NCBI GenBank assembly: GCA_012513605.1
Contig: JAAZBV010000115.1
Location: forward strand, 15,227 to 79,226
DNA: 64,000 bases
Direction: 5' to 3'
Origin: Desulfatiglans sp.
GTDB lineage: Bacteria > Desulfobacterota > DSM-4660 > Desulfatiglandales > HGW-15
The notes beneath the pieces were generated by a model. The model saw only the letters and a program-made list of their open reading frames with translations. It searched no databases and had not been told where the DNA came from. How positions within the stretch are numbered: the first letter of the stretch is position 1; the number at the start of each line of letters is the position of its first letter. Below, piece by piece: positions 45,369 through 55,203 of this stretch. The translations under genes and the position numbers were made by a program.

Positions 45369-45959
45369 ATGAAAAAATTTAAACCTATCCTCTGCATTTT
45401 TATCCTTATAACCTGCATATTCACTGCAAACGCATCTGAACCATTTGATATCATAAAGGATAAAATTGACCGGGTCTTCAGAATACTGAATGACCCTGTC
45501 TATTCCGATCAGGCAAAAAAAACCGAACAGCATGATATACTCTATGGCATAATTGAGGAGGCATTTGATTTCAACGGGATGGCCAGGCTTACACTTGCAA
45601 GAAACTGGCAGGCCTTTACTCCGTCACAGCAGGAAGAGTTCTCCGGATTGTTCGGGCAGTTTTTAGGCAATACCTACCTTGATAAGATACAGTCAGGTTT
45701 TTCAGACGAGCAGGTTGAGTATACAGGGGAAGAGCTTTTGTCCGTTACAAAGGCTGTTGTGATGACCAACCTTATAAGAAAGGGCGTAAAGACCCCTATA
45801 CATTACAGCCTGCAAAAAAAAGGGGATAGCTGGCGCATATATGATGTAAAAATTGAGGGGGTCAGCCTGTTAAAAAACTACAGGACTCAGTTCAGCAACA
45901 TACTGATCAGGGAAAAGCCTGAAGGTCTTATAGCCATGCTAAAGAATAAACTTAAATAG
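45369..45959 (+). CDS. mlaC: MlaC/Ttg2D-type periplasmic lipid-binding protein
   Basis: Signal peptide, then FDFNGMARLTLARNWQAFTPSQQEEF..LFGQFLGNTY...WRIYDVKIEGVSLLKNYRTQF. Confidence 0.8.
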   Translation: MKKFKPILCIFILITCIFTANASEPFDIIKDKIDRVFRILNDPVYSDQAKKTEQHDILYGIIEEAFDFNGMARLTLARNWQAFTPSQQEEFSGLFGQFLGNTYLDKIQSGFSDEQVEYTGEELLSVTKAVVMTNLIRKGVKTPIHYSLQKKGDSWRIYDVKIEGVSLLKNYRTQFSNILIREKPEGLIAMLKNKLK

Positions 45960-45983
45960 GCCGTTAGGGTATCACTATCAACC

Positions 45984-46790
45984 ATGATTTATGCTATTAA
46001 AAGGATAATAATCCAGGCCATTGGTATATTACTTATTACAGGCTTAATCTGCATTAATGCGAGTGAGACATATAAATGGGTCGATAAGGATGGGGTGGTG
46101 CATTTTTCAGACCGGACACCTGATGACCCTGACTCCAGCCGTGATATTATCCTTGCAAAAAATAATGAAGAACCTGGTGGTAGTGCTGTAAAGATATCAG
46201 CAGAAAGGCCTGATGCAGATGAAAAGAACCCCATTAGAAACACTATCAAGAGTACATTTACCATAAAGGGCAGCAAGAACACAGGGACAGGATTTTTCAT
46301 ATCCCCGGATGGATATGCCATTACATGCAAACATGTCATCGAGGCAAACGGGATACATACTGCTATACTTAACAACCAGGAAGAGTTTCCTATAGGCGTA
46401 ATCTCAAAGAGTAACAGATATGATCTGGCCCTGATCCTGGTAACAACACATCAAAAGGTGCCCTATTTAAAATTCAGAGACCCGTTTACAATGGAAGCCG
46501 GTGACAGGGTTTACGCGGTCGGAAGTTCCGTCGGCCTTCAGTCAACAATAACAGACGGCCTTTTTACAGGCGTTAGAAGGCAGATGCCTTCAGAGATAAT
46601 GGCTGTTCAATTTTCCGCCCCTGTTAACCCCGGAAACAGCGGAGGCCCACTTATAGATAAAGATGGTAGAGTTCTAGGGGCTGTGAGCTGGAAACTGCTT
46701 TCAAATGACGGGGTTCCCGTATCAGGTATTGGTTTTGCGGTGCCATCAGAGTATATCCTAAATGAATACAGGGGGTATACAAAAGATTAA
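45984..46790 (+). CDS. DUF4124 + trypsin-like (S1/DegP-type) serine protease
   Basis: YKWVDKDGVVHFSDRTPDD (DUF4124), GTGFFISPDGYAITCKHV and NPGNSGGPLIDKDGRVLG. Confidence 0.75.
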   Translation: MIYAIKRIIIQAIGILLITGLICINASETYKWVDKDGVVHFSDRTPDDPDSSRDIILAKNNEEPGGSAVKISAERPDADEKNPIRNTIKSTFTIKGSKNTGTGFFISPDGYAITCKHVIEANGIHTAILNNQEEFPIGVISKSNRYDLALILVTTHQKVPYLKFRDPFTMEAGDRVYAVGSSVGLQSTITDGLFTGVRRQMPSEIMAVQFSAPVNPGNSGGPLIDKDGRVLGAVSWKLLSNDGVPVSGIGFAVPSEYILNEYRGYTKD

Positions 46791-46791
46791 A

Positions 46792-49434
46792 ATGCCACAC
46801 ACAAAATCTGTTGAAGAAATATTGAATGAACTGAATGCGAACCCGGAAAAAGGTCTTACCGGTGATGAGGCAAAGGCCAGGCTCAGCAAATACGGTTATA
46901 ACAGGCTTACAGCCCAAAAGAAAAAGGGGATACTCCAGCTCTTTTTGGCCCAGCTGAATGACTGGCTTATATATATACTTTTTGCCGCGGTAATAATCAC
47001 CCTTATCCTTGGTGAATATGTAGATTCAATAATTATCATGGCAGTTATCATCCTTAATGCAGCGCTGGGTGTATTTCAGGAGATAAAGGCAGGCAATGCC
47101 ATAGAGGCATTAAAGAGAATGTCCTCACCAAGATCCCTTGTAAAAAGGGATAATAAGATCATGGAGATAGATTCGGAACTGGTTGTGCCCGGTGATATCC
47201 TTATCCTTGATGCAGGGAGGTTTGTCTCTGCGGATATCCGCCTCGTTAATACTGCTGCCATACACATAGAAGAGTCTGTTCTGACAGGCGAGTCAATGGC
47301 ATCTGAAAAAGAGGCACGCATGGTTCTTGCCCCTAAAACCCCTGTTGGTGATCGTGAGAACATGGCCTACATGTCATCGATAGTCACATCCGGACGTGGT
47401 GAAGGTGTTGTTACAGCTACAGGGATGAATACGGAGGTCGGTAAAATCGCCGGTCTTATTGAAGGTGAAGAGGAAAACAAGACACCACTTGAGATAAGGC
47501 TGAGCCGACTTGGAAAGACCCTTGGAAAGTCCGCAATAGGTATATGCCTTTTTATCTTTGCAGTTTCCCTTTTTCAGGGCCGTGATCTTGTTGAGATGTT
47601 CCTTGTATCCGTCTCACTTGCAGTAGCTGCAATCCCTGAAGGGCTAGCGGCTATTGTAGCTGTAGTGCTCTCCATAGGCGTTACGGGCATGTCAAAAAGA
47701 AACGCCATCATCAGGCGCCTGCCTGCTGTTGAGACATTAGGCTCGGTAAATATTATCTGTTCGGATAAAACAGGCACACTCACACAGAACAGGATGACCG
47801 TGGTAAAATATTTCACACTTGATAGTGATGCGGTCACTGTTGATGAAGATATGCAACCAGCCGGCAGTGATGCAAAAAGGCTGGCAGAGGTCATGATCCT
47901 TTGCAGTGATGCAACGTATGAAGATGGCAAAGGCACAGGCGACCCGACCGAGACTGCGCTACTGCAATTTGGGGATAAACTCGGCATTGACAGAAAATAT
48001 TTGAACTCATCAAATCCACGTATATCAGAGTATGCATTTGATTCTGACCGAAAGCTCATGTCAACCCTTACTAAAAATGAGGGGAGGCTTGTGGTTAACA
48101 CAAAGGGGGCGATAGATAACCTTTTAGACCTCTGCACCAGTGTGATTGTTGACGGAAGATCGGTACCGATGACAGAAGGGCATAAAAACAGGTTCAGGCA
48201 GACAATGGAGAGTATGTCCAATGAGGCATTGCGCACCCTTGGCGCCGCTTACAGAGAGGTAGACTCAGTGATTCCGCCCTTGGATATGGAAAGGGAGCTT
48301 GTCCTTACAGGGATTATCGGCATGATCGATCCACCCAGAAACGAGGTCAGGGATTCTGTAAAACAGGCGGCTGAAGCGGGCATCACAACCGTAATGATTA
48401 CTGGTGATCACAAAAACACGGCATTTGCCATAGCAGAATCCCTTGGCATTGCGAATCACCATGATCAGGTAATAACAGGCAGTGAGATCGATGATGCGGG
48501 TGACATAAAGTTAAAGGAAAAGATACTGGACTATCGTGTCTTTGCAAGGGTTTCCCCTGAACACAAGGTAAAGATAGTACATGCACTCAAGGCAAAAGGG
48601 AAGATCGTCTCCATGACAGGAGATGGCGTGAATGATGCCCCATCTCTCAAGGCCGCTGATATCGGTGTGGCTATGGGCATCACAGGCACAGATGTAGCCA
48701 AAAATGCCTCAGACATGATCCTTACTGATGACAATTTTGCGACCATAGTAAAGGCAGTTGAACAGGGCCGCAATATCTATAACAACATAAAAAAATCAAT
48801 AATATTTCTTCTCTCCAGCAACCTCGGTGAAGTTACAGCCATGTTTGTGGCCGTAACAGCAGGGTGGGAGGCGCCACTTCTTGCCACCCAGATACTCTGG
48901 ATTAATCTTCTTACTGACTCGCTTCCCGCCGTTGCCCTTGGTATGGACCCCTCTGATCCTGATGTAATGAAGGAAAAGCCAAGAAGCCCTGATGAGGGTT
49001 TCTTTTCAGGCAGGGCCGGCTTTAACGTGATATCAGGAGGGCTTGCCATAGGAATTATCACTGTTATCACATTCTGGTATGGATACTATATTCACGGGTA
49101 CAGCCCCTTTGATCACTCTGCACCATCCTATGTGCTGGAATATGCAAGGACAGTGGCATTTCTATCCATTATTTTCAGCCAGTTGTTTTTCTCATTGTCT
49201 TTCTGGCATAACCGGAAAACCATCTTCACAACAGGCATCCTGTCCAACAGGTATCTAATCGGGGCAATAGCAATCGCCATCATGCTTCAGGTAGCCATCC
49301 TGACTGTTCCGCCCCTTAAATCTGCCTTTAAACTTACTACACCGGATATGTTTGCATGGATGGTAATAATCGTGGCGGGTCTTATACCACTAATATTCAG
49401 GGAAATATCAAAACTATTTTTTTGGAAAAAATAA
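46792..49434 (+). CDS. P-type ATPase, type IIA (Ca2+-ATPase-like)
   Basis: MPHTKSVEEILNELN..., TGES, AIPEGL (PEGL in TM4), CSDKTGTLTQN, TGDHKNTA and MTGDGVNDAPSLK. I prefer ATG 46792 (2 nt after the upstream stop) over 46762. Confidence 0.9.
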   Translation: MPHTKSVEEILNELNANPEKGLTGDEAKARLSKYGYNRLTAQKKKGILQLFLAQLNDWLIYILFAAVIITLILGEYVDSIIIMAVIILNAALGVFQEIKAGNAIEALKRMSSPRSLVKRDNKIMEIDSELVVPGDILILDAGRFVSADIRLVNTAAIHIEESVLTGESMASEKEARMVLAPKTPVGDRENMAYMSSIVTSGRGEGVVTATGMNTEVGKIAGLIEGEEENKTPLEIRLSRLGKTLGKSAIGICLFIFAVSLFQGRDLVEMFLVSVSLAVAAIPEGLAAIVAVVLSIGVTGMSKRNAIIRRLPAVETLGSVNIICSDKTGTLTQNRMTVVKYFTLDSDAVTVDEDMQPAGSDAKRLAEVMILCSDATYEDGKGTGDPTETALLQFGDKLGIDRKYLNSSNPRISEYAFDSDRKLMSTLTKNEGRLVVNTKGAIDNLLDLCTSVIVDGRSVPMTEGHKNRFRQTMESMSNEALRTLGAAYREVDSVIPPLDMERELVLTGIIGMIDPPRNEVRDSVKQAAEAGITTVMITGDHKNTAFAIAESLGIANHHDQVITGSEIDDAGDIKLKEKILDYRVFARVSPEHKVKIVHALKAKGKIVSMTGDGVNDAPSLKAADIGVAMGITGTDVAKNASDMILTDDNFATIVKAVEQGRNIYNNIKKSIIFLLSSNLGEVTAMFVAVTAGWEAPLLATQILWINLLTDSLPAVALGMDPSDPDVMKEKPRSPDEGFFSGRAGFNVISGGLAIGIITVITFWYGYYIHGYSPFDHSAPSYVLEYARTVAFLSIIFSQLFFSLSFWHNRKTIFTTGILSNRYLIGAIAIAIMLQVAILTVPPLKSAFKLTTPDMFAWMVIIVAGLIPLIFREISKLFFWKK

Positions 49435-49438
49435 AACA

Positions 49439-49465
49439 GGTACTGCCCACATAAAAGGCAGTACC
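49439..49465. terminator. Hairpin between convergent P-type ATPase and hisF genes; the T-run is on the minus strand
   Basis: GGTACTGCC-cacataaaa-GGCAGTACC. The minus strand continues tgttttatttttt. Confidence 0.55.
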
Positions 49466-49505
49466 ATCATAAGAAACTATCTTTCAGTGGCTTATTTGCC
49501 TTTAC

Positions 49506-50276
49506 CTATATTTTCAACTTCACAGAGACGCCCTTTTTGTGGAGATATTCTTTAAGCTCTTTTATCCCTATTATCCCGAAGTGGAATACAGAGGCCGCAA
49601 GAAGTATTGTTGCACCTGCCTCTGTGGCCTCGTAAAAATGCTTTAACTCCCCTGCCCCGCCTGATGCAACAACCTCTGCTGATACCGCACCTTTTATAAG
49701 CCTGATCACCGGAAGATCATAACCGGTCCTCACACCATCGCCTGCCTTGCTTGTAGGCAGAATTACCGGTACGCCATAACCGTCAACACGTTTTGCCCAT
49801 TCAACCGCATCAGCGCCGGTCGCTGTACGCCCCCCATCAATATATACCTCGTATCCTGACGGCATTACAGGATTCTTATCAACATCAATGGCCACGGTTA
49901 TCTTTTCAGGCCCGAATGACCTTATCATCTCGCTGATAACTTCAGGCCTTCTGAAGGCGGCGCTGCTGACAGATACCTTACTTGCCCCTGCCTCAAGCAC
50001 TAGACCGGCTGATTTCACATCTGATATGCCCCCACCCACGGTAAATGGCACTGTTGTGACCTTTGCGACACGTTTTACAACCTCAAGCATGGTCATCCTT
50101 CCCTCAACAGTGGCGGTGATATCAAGCATCCCCAGCTCATCAGCGCCGGATGCACAATAGGCGCGTGCGCATTCAACAGGGTCACCGGCATCCTTTATAT
50201 CAACAAAATGAACTCCCTTTACAACGCGCCCGTTCTGCATATCCAGACAGGGCATGATTTTCACACTCTTTCCCAT
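49506..50276 (-). CDS. hisF: HisF-like imidazole glycerol phosphate synthase cyclase subunit (no adjacent his genes)
   Basis: KIMPCLDMQNGRVVKGVHFVDIKDAGDPVE...DELGMLDITA...PFTVGGGI...ASGGAG. GGAGAAGG RBS. Confidence 0.8.
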   Translation of the reverse strand: MGKSVKIMPCLDMQNGRVVKGVHFVDIKDAGDPVECARAYCASGADELGMLDITATVEGRMTMLEVVKRVAKVTTVPFTVGGGISDVKSAGLVLEAGASKVSVSSAAFRRPEVISEMIRSFGPEKITVAIDVDKNPVMPSGYEVYIDGGRTATGADAVEWAKRVDGYGVPVILPTSKAGDGVRTGYDLPVIRLIKGAVSAEVVASGGAGELKHFYEATEAGATILLAASVFHFGIIGIKELKEYLHKKGVSVKLKI

Positions 50277-50429
50277 AAACCTTCTCCTTTCGTCTTATAC
50301 CCGGCATACACTAAAATATATATGATGTAAAGCCTCTTGCCTTCAACCGCTGCTTTTGGTATTAACAAAACCCAGATCAATATTAAACACCTTTACTTAT
50401 AAATTATTAATTTTTTGTAACAGGAAAAT

Positions 50430-51476
50430 ATGATATTACTATTTTTATTCTTGTTAATGGCATTATTTGTTTCATTCCTTTGTTCAATAATGGAGGCAGT
50501 CCTGCTTTCTACACCTCAGTCATTCCTGATTTCCCAAAAAGAGCAGGGAAAATCATGGGCTGTAAGGTTATCAGGGTTAAAGGAAAACATTGATAGACCA
50601 TTGTCTGCCATCCTCTCTTTGAATACTATCGCCCACACAATAGGGGCAGCAGGTGTGGGCGCACAGTCGATAAAGGTCTTCGGTGAAGCCTATTTCGGGA
50701 TTATCTCTGCAACAATGACCATAATGATTCTCATTTTTACGGAGATCATCCCCAAGTCTATTGGCGCACGATTCTGGCGCGAGCTTGCTATGGTTTCGTC
50801 ACAGATGATCAGTTTCATGATCATAATTACCTATCCGCTTGTATATATGTCTCTATTTATCACAAAGGTATTTTCAAAAAGCAGCCCCGAGAGAACAACC
50901 AGCAGGGAAGAGATCTCCGCCCTTTCAGGCATAGGGGTTGAAGAGGGTATTGTCCATGAGAGGGAACATAAAATAATACAGAATATACTCAAGCTCAAGA
51001 ATGTGAAGGTAACCAATATCATGACCCCAAGGGTGGTGCTTGTGACTGCTGATGAAAATTTATCTCTGGAAGAATTTCTGATGCAAAAAGATTACCTGAA
51101 ATTTTCCAGGATACCTGTATATTCAGGGCATATTGAAAACATTTCCGGTTATGTATTCAGGGAGCAGGTGTTTGAAAAACTTGCTGAAGGCAGCCATGAC
51201 TTAAGGCTTAAGGATATCAAACGTGAGATAGTAATCATACCTGATACCAAAAACCTGTTCGGGGTATGGGAGACGCTTTTACAGAAAAAAGAGCAGTTGT
51301 CATTAATCGTTGATGAGTATGGAGGGATTGAAGGCATTGTAACAATGGAGGATATTATTGAAACACTCCTGGGCCTCGAGATAATAGATGAAAAGGATGT
51401 GTTCAGTGATATGCAGAAATTTGCCCGCGACAGATGGAAGGCAAGACAGACTAAATATAAACTACTGGAAAAATAG
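50430..51476 (+). CDS. CNNM/HlyC/CorC-family membrane protein (DUF21 + CBS pair)
   Basis: FLCSIMEAVLLS..., LSLNTIAHTIGA, EREHKIIQNILKLKNVKVTNIMTPR and VDEYGGIEGIVTMEDIIE. Confidence 0.8.
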   Translation: MILLFLFLLMALFVSFLCSIMEAVLLSTPQSFLISQKEQGKSWAVRLSGLKENIDRPLSAILSLNTIAHTIGAAGVGAQSIKVFGEAYFGIISATMTIMILIFTEIIPKSIGARFWRELAMVSSQMISFMIIITYPLVYMSLFITKVFSKSSPERTTSREEISALSGIGVEEGIVHEREHKIIQNILKLKNVKVTNIMTPRVVLVTADENLSLEEFLMQKDYLKFSRIPVYSGHIENISGYVFREQVFEKLAEGSHDLRLKDIKREIVIIPDTKNLFGVWETLLQKKEQLSLIVDEYGGIEGIVTMEDIIETLLGLEIIDEKDVFSDMQKFARDRWKARQTKYKLLEK

Positions 51477-51703
51477 CCTTAAAAAATATCTGAGAAGGCC
51501 ATACCTCCTGATATTATCGTTTTGAATGCCGCTTTATGGTTAAAAAAACTCTGCATGACCTGTTTTGTTGCCGAATAGATCGTTGAAATAAACCATTTTC
51601 ATATATGATATCTGCTATCCAGGCATGTATTTATCTATAACACATTTAATTTTTGCTCTATTCAAGCATTTTTTATTATTTATATGACCTTATTGGTTAT
51701 TTT

Positions 51704-51777
51704 TTACATTTTTTTAACAATTTAATTACATTTTTTTACCTTTTTGTTATTGACACAACCAGCAAATTTCTTTAACA
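51704..51777 (+). promoter_or_regulatory. Phased T-tract region plus TTGACA-N16-TTAACA promoter, copy 2
   Basis: TTACA-like units at 51704, 51715, 51726 and 51736. TTGACACAACCAG 51750-51762; TTAACA 51772-51777. Colinear with copy 1. Confidence 0.45.
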
Positions 51778-51783
51778 TCACAG

Positions 51784-51880
51784 ATGCCAAAGCTTAGACG
51801 AAAGTCTAAGACCCTACAAGGCCGGACTTGCCTCAATGAATTCCTCCCAGAATTCCTCCGGGCAGTCCGGCCTTTCCTAA
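51784..51880 (+). ncRNA. Candidate small RNA or 5' leader, copy 2 (CCAAAGCTTA, GNRA hairpin, long hairpin displaying 2 x GAATTCCTCC)
   Basis: CCAAAGCTTA 51787-51796. CTTAGAC-gaaa-GTCTAAG. Stem GGCCGGACTtGCC / GGCAGTCCGGCC (51820-51872) with the loop repeats GAATTCCTCC at 51838-51847 and 51850-51859. Confidence 0.3.
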
Positions 51881-52359
51881 AAAACAGACTTTCAACAAAT
51901 TTGAATCAAGATATGGCAAACCAATAGCCAAATTAATTATTATCAAAATATTTCATGCATATTTTGATCATTTTAAAAAAAGCCTTGATTTTAATTTTTA
52001 TTCGATTTAGATTAATTCAACGCTTGAAATAATATGTAGGGTCTTTGGCATATATTTATAAGCTATGATTTACAGATTTACGGTTTTAAGTTTTACGGAT
52101 TTTCTCTCCAGGACGTAGTTGAGATTTTTCTGTGACTACCAGTTTTCAGCAAATCATTGCTTTCCAATTGTAACAACAGGCGATCAGTATTTTCTTTAGG
52201 ATTTTACTGGCGTAATGGGAGAGGTGGGCCAAGTTTTTGGCAAACTAGCGGGTTCTTTTTTACAAAAGATAGGCCTTTCAGGTGAAGGCATTATTTTCAG
52301 GGGACTTTTGAAAATAGAATTTTCACCTTTTTTACTATTAATTTTTTTGGAGGATTTAA

Positions 52360-54882
52360 ATGAGCAGTAGAATTGGTTTACGTTGTAAAAACTGGCAATT
52401 TAGTTGCTTCATGCTGTTGGCATTGTTTATCTTCAGCACTGCAACTCCAATCTTTGCAGCAGAAGACGAGGAGTTTATGCTGGAAGAGATTACTGTAACA
52501 GCAGAAAAAAGAGAGGCGGAATTACAGAAGGTGCCTATTGACATCACTGTACTCAGGCCTGAAGAGATGGACCGTTCGGGCGTGTATTCCATATATGACC
52601 TTAAGAAGGTGATTCCTGATCTTGATACCGCCACACAGACAGGTAACCAGGTAATGGTTAGTATCCGTGGCGTTGGCGGCGCAGCAGATACATTATGGAA
52701 CCCTATTCATGAAACAACAACCGCTATTCACATTGATGGTATTCAGCTTACCAGAGCAAATGGTTTTGACAATATGTTCTATGATCTCCAGAGGGTTGAA
52801 GTGCTTAAAGGACCCCAGGGCACCCTTTATGGCCGTGGATCAACCGCAGGAAGCATGAATATGCTGACCCAGAAGCCTATTATTGGCGAATTTGGTGGTA
52901 ATTTCACCTTTGAAGAGGGTAATTATGACCTCCGCAGATCAGAGGCTGCCATAAACATTCCTGTCATGGATAAATTGGCTTTTCGTCTTTCAGGGCGCTG
53001 GATAAGAAAAGGCGGCTACAGTGATGCTGGCGACGGTTCAAGTGAAGCCAGAAGCGGACGCTTATCAATGACATGGGAACCTACTGATAAAGATACAATC
53101 ACCATGACATTTGACATGGGAAAATCTGACTCAAATGGTTACGGTAACAGCGGTTCTTACTTTGCAACTTACGGTGGAGTCAGGATAGTGCCTGTTTCTC
53201 CCTGGACAACAGACTATACAACTGTTTTGGAACTTCCATATAAAACCAGGTGGTACAAGAATGATGCCTTGAGGAATGGCGGGGTTTTTAACGATTCATA
53301 CGGTTACATGGCACAGTGGGAAAGAGAACTCCCCTTTGCATATGGAGTAGCGCTTTATGGGCATCGTGACATGGAGGAGGAGCTGGCATACATGTATGGC
53401 TATGCAATGCTTTCTCCATTTGCGCCTGACTTGACACAGCCAACCCCCGGCTTAATTACAGATGTTGGCTTATATACTCGCGAACCTTATCTTTATTCAC
53501 ATTCAATCTCAAAGGGAAAGACTGATTCTCTGGAAGTGCGCCTGCTTTCAAAGGAGACCATAACCAAGGGAGACAAATATGAGTGGGTTGTGGGCGCTAT
53601 GGCTCAGGATGATGAAACAGATGAAGTTAATGATCTGGGAGCCAATTACTGGGTTAACATCAAGACTAAATCATACGGCCTTTATGCCCAGGCAGCATAT
53701 GAGCTCTATGACAAATTGAACCTCTCAGTTGGCTATCGCCGTGCTATGGATGAAAAGGAGTATAATGGAGATTATATAGTCACTCCTGAGGTTGATGTCC
53801 CTTATCGAAAAGTAGATTGGGATGAAAACGTATATAAAATAAACCTGAACTGGTTTGTAACTGATAATTCAATGACCTATGTACAGTACTCAAAGGGTTA
53901 CAAGACCGGGAATTTTAATTACGGCGGCAAGGTGAGCCCGCCAGAGTTCATGGATTCATATGAGGTAGGTTTTAAATCCCGGTTCCTTGACAACAAGTTA
54001 CAGGTCAATGGCACTGCATACTATTATGATTATAAAAACTACACCAAATGGACAACCGCTGTCTACTGTGCCTATCCGGCTGACGGACCTGCGCCGATGG
54101 TACCAAATATAGACGATCCGGAGGGGCCGATGATTCCAGCAAGAAGCACGAATGGTATCTGCTATGATATTGACTCCGATGAAACAAATGAAACTTATCA
54201 AGGTATCTACCCTGACAACAATGTTAGCAGATGGGATTATGTTGACCAGCGAGATGCAGCCTCTATTGCTGTATCACCCGGCGGGGCAGAGCAGATGGGC
54301 GCTAATTTAAACATAATGTATCTCTTAACAGCAAAAGATACATTCTCATTTAATGGTTCATACTCAAAAAATGAGTATAAGGATTATAATATTAGCAATG
54401 CTATATTGGCAACGTACCCTGGCGCTGATAACGCAAGGTTAGATCCAGAGCTGTATAACGATCTTGATGGCGAGAGGTTCGGCAGCGCCCCCTATCGTTT
54501 TAATGTAGGCTACTCCCACACTGAATTTATCGGTATGGATATGCTTACCTTTAATACGACTGCCTATTATAATGGCAAGGCACTGGATCAGATAATGCTT
54601 AAATTTAGGGACAACCAGTATACTATGCCAACTACATCTGACTATTGGACAATGGATGCTTCAGTTACATACAGCTCAAGCCGCTGGGTGCCTGAAGGCA
54701 CGAGATGGAATGCAAGGTTCTGGTGCAATAATGTATTTGGAAGTGAACATTTGGCAAGTCTTTACTGGACAGATATGGCTCAATATTTTGCCCAGTATGG
54801 GGGACAGCCTAACACGGGTTATGCATCGGGTACTTATATTTCACCCAGGACCTATGGTGTTACACTTTCATTTGATTTCTAA
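52360..54882 (+). CDS. TonB-dependent outer-membrane receptor
   Basis: Signal peptide, plug domain (LEEITVTAEKRE...IEVLKGPQGTLYGRGSTAG) and C-terminal beta-barrel ending in ...YGVTLSFDF. GGAGGA RBS. Confidence 0.9.
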   Translation: MSSRIGLRCKNWQFSCFMLLALFIFSTATPIFAAEDEEFMLEEITVTAEKREAELQKVPIDITVLRPEEMDRSGVYSIYDLKKVIPDLDTATQTGNQVMVSIRGVGGAADTLWNPIHETTTAIHIDGIQLTRANGFDNMFYDLQRVEVLKGPQGTLYGRGSTAGSMNMLTQKPIIGEFGGNFTFEEGNYDLRRSEAAINIPVMDKLAFRLSGRWIRKGGYSDAGDGSSEARSGRLSMTWEPTDKDTITMTFDMGKSDSNGYGNSGSYFATYGGVRIVPVSPWTTDYTTVLELPYKTRWYKNDALRNGGVFNDSYGYMAQWERELPFAYGVALYGHRDMEEELAYMYGYAMLSPFAPDLTQPTPGLITDVGLYTREPYLYSHSISKGKTDSLEVRLLSKETITKGDKYEWVVGAMAQDDETDEVNDLGANYWVNIKTKSYGLYAQAAYELYDKLNLSVGYRRAMDEKEYNGDYIVTPEVDVPYRKVDWDENVYKINLNWFVTDNSMTYVQYSKGYKTGNFNYGGKVSPPEFMDSYEVGFKSRFLDNKLQVNGTAYYYDYKNYTKWTTAVYCAYPADGPAPMVPNIDDPEGPMIPARSTNGICYDIDSDETNETYQGIYPDNNVSRWDYVDQRDAASIAVSPGGAEQMGANLNIMYLLTAKDTFSFNGSYSKNEYKDYNISNAILATYPGADNARLDPELYNDLDGERFGSAPYRFNVGYSHTEFIGMDMLTFNTTAYYNGKALDQIMLKFRDNQYTMPTTSDYWTMDASVTYSSSRWVPEGTRWNARFWCNNVFGSEHLASLYWTDMAQYFAQYGGQPNTGYASGTYISPRTYGVTLSFDF

Positions 54883-54959
54883 CATAGGGAGTCTTAGAAG
54901 GGCTAATTAGGGCTTCCTGCTCTAAAAGATTTTAGTAACTTCTTAGATCCTGAAGTATC

Positions 54960-55002
54960 AAGGCGGTTAAAAGGTTATACCTTTTAACCGCCTTTTCTTT
55001 TT
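54960..55002 (+). terminator. Rho-independent terminator after the TonB-dependent receptor gene
   Basis: AGGCGGTTAAAAGG-ttata-CCTTTTAACCGCCT followed by tttcttttt. Confidence 0.85.
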
Positions 55003-55144
55003 GCATAAAAAACTGTCCTTCACAGGGAAAAATTTACCTACTCTTTTATCCTGTTGGTAATTTTTTACCTTTAAACAATGGCTCCCATTTTCCACTATCA
55101 CTGTATCACATTGATTATACTGCATTTTTCCATCACATCTCTTT

Positions 55145-55160
55145 TGGCACAGCCATTGCT
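55145..55160 (+). promoter_or_regulatory. Sigma-54 promoter upstream of fliK
   Basis: TGGCAC-agcca-TTGCT, an exact match to TGGCAC-N5-TTGC, 44 nt before the fliK start. Confidence 0.8.
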
Positions 55161-55203
55161 TTATAGCAGTGCATGAATAAAATATTGCTGTATACAAGGA
55201 TGC

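Noticed and set aside
3383-46791. Longer N-terminal extensions given by the ORF track (3383, 11000, 18374, 19077, 28585, 32604, 34742, 42429, 42825, 46762)
   Set aside because: In each case a downstream start has a better RBS, or removes an overlap with the upstream gene, or matches the family N-terminus. I used the shorter models, and the exact starts remain uncertain.
51881-52359. Possible cobalamin (or other) riboswitch upstream of the TonB-dependent receptor, and upstream of nrdD (30624-31180, minus strand)
   Set aside because: Neither strand shows a B12-box-like GCCACTG / GGGAA...GGTG core. Only short AT-rich hairpins are present.
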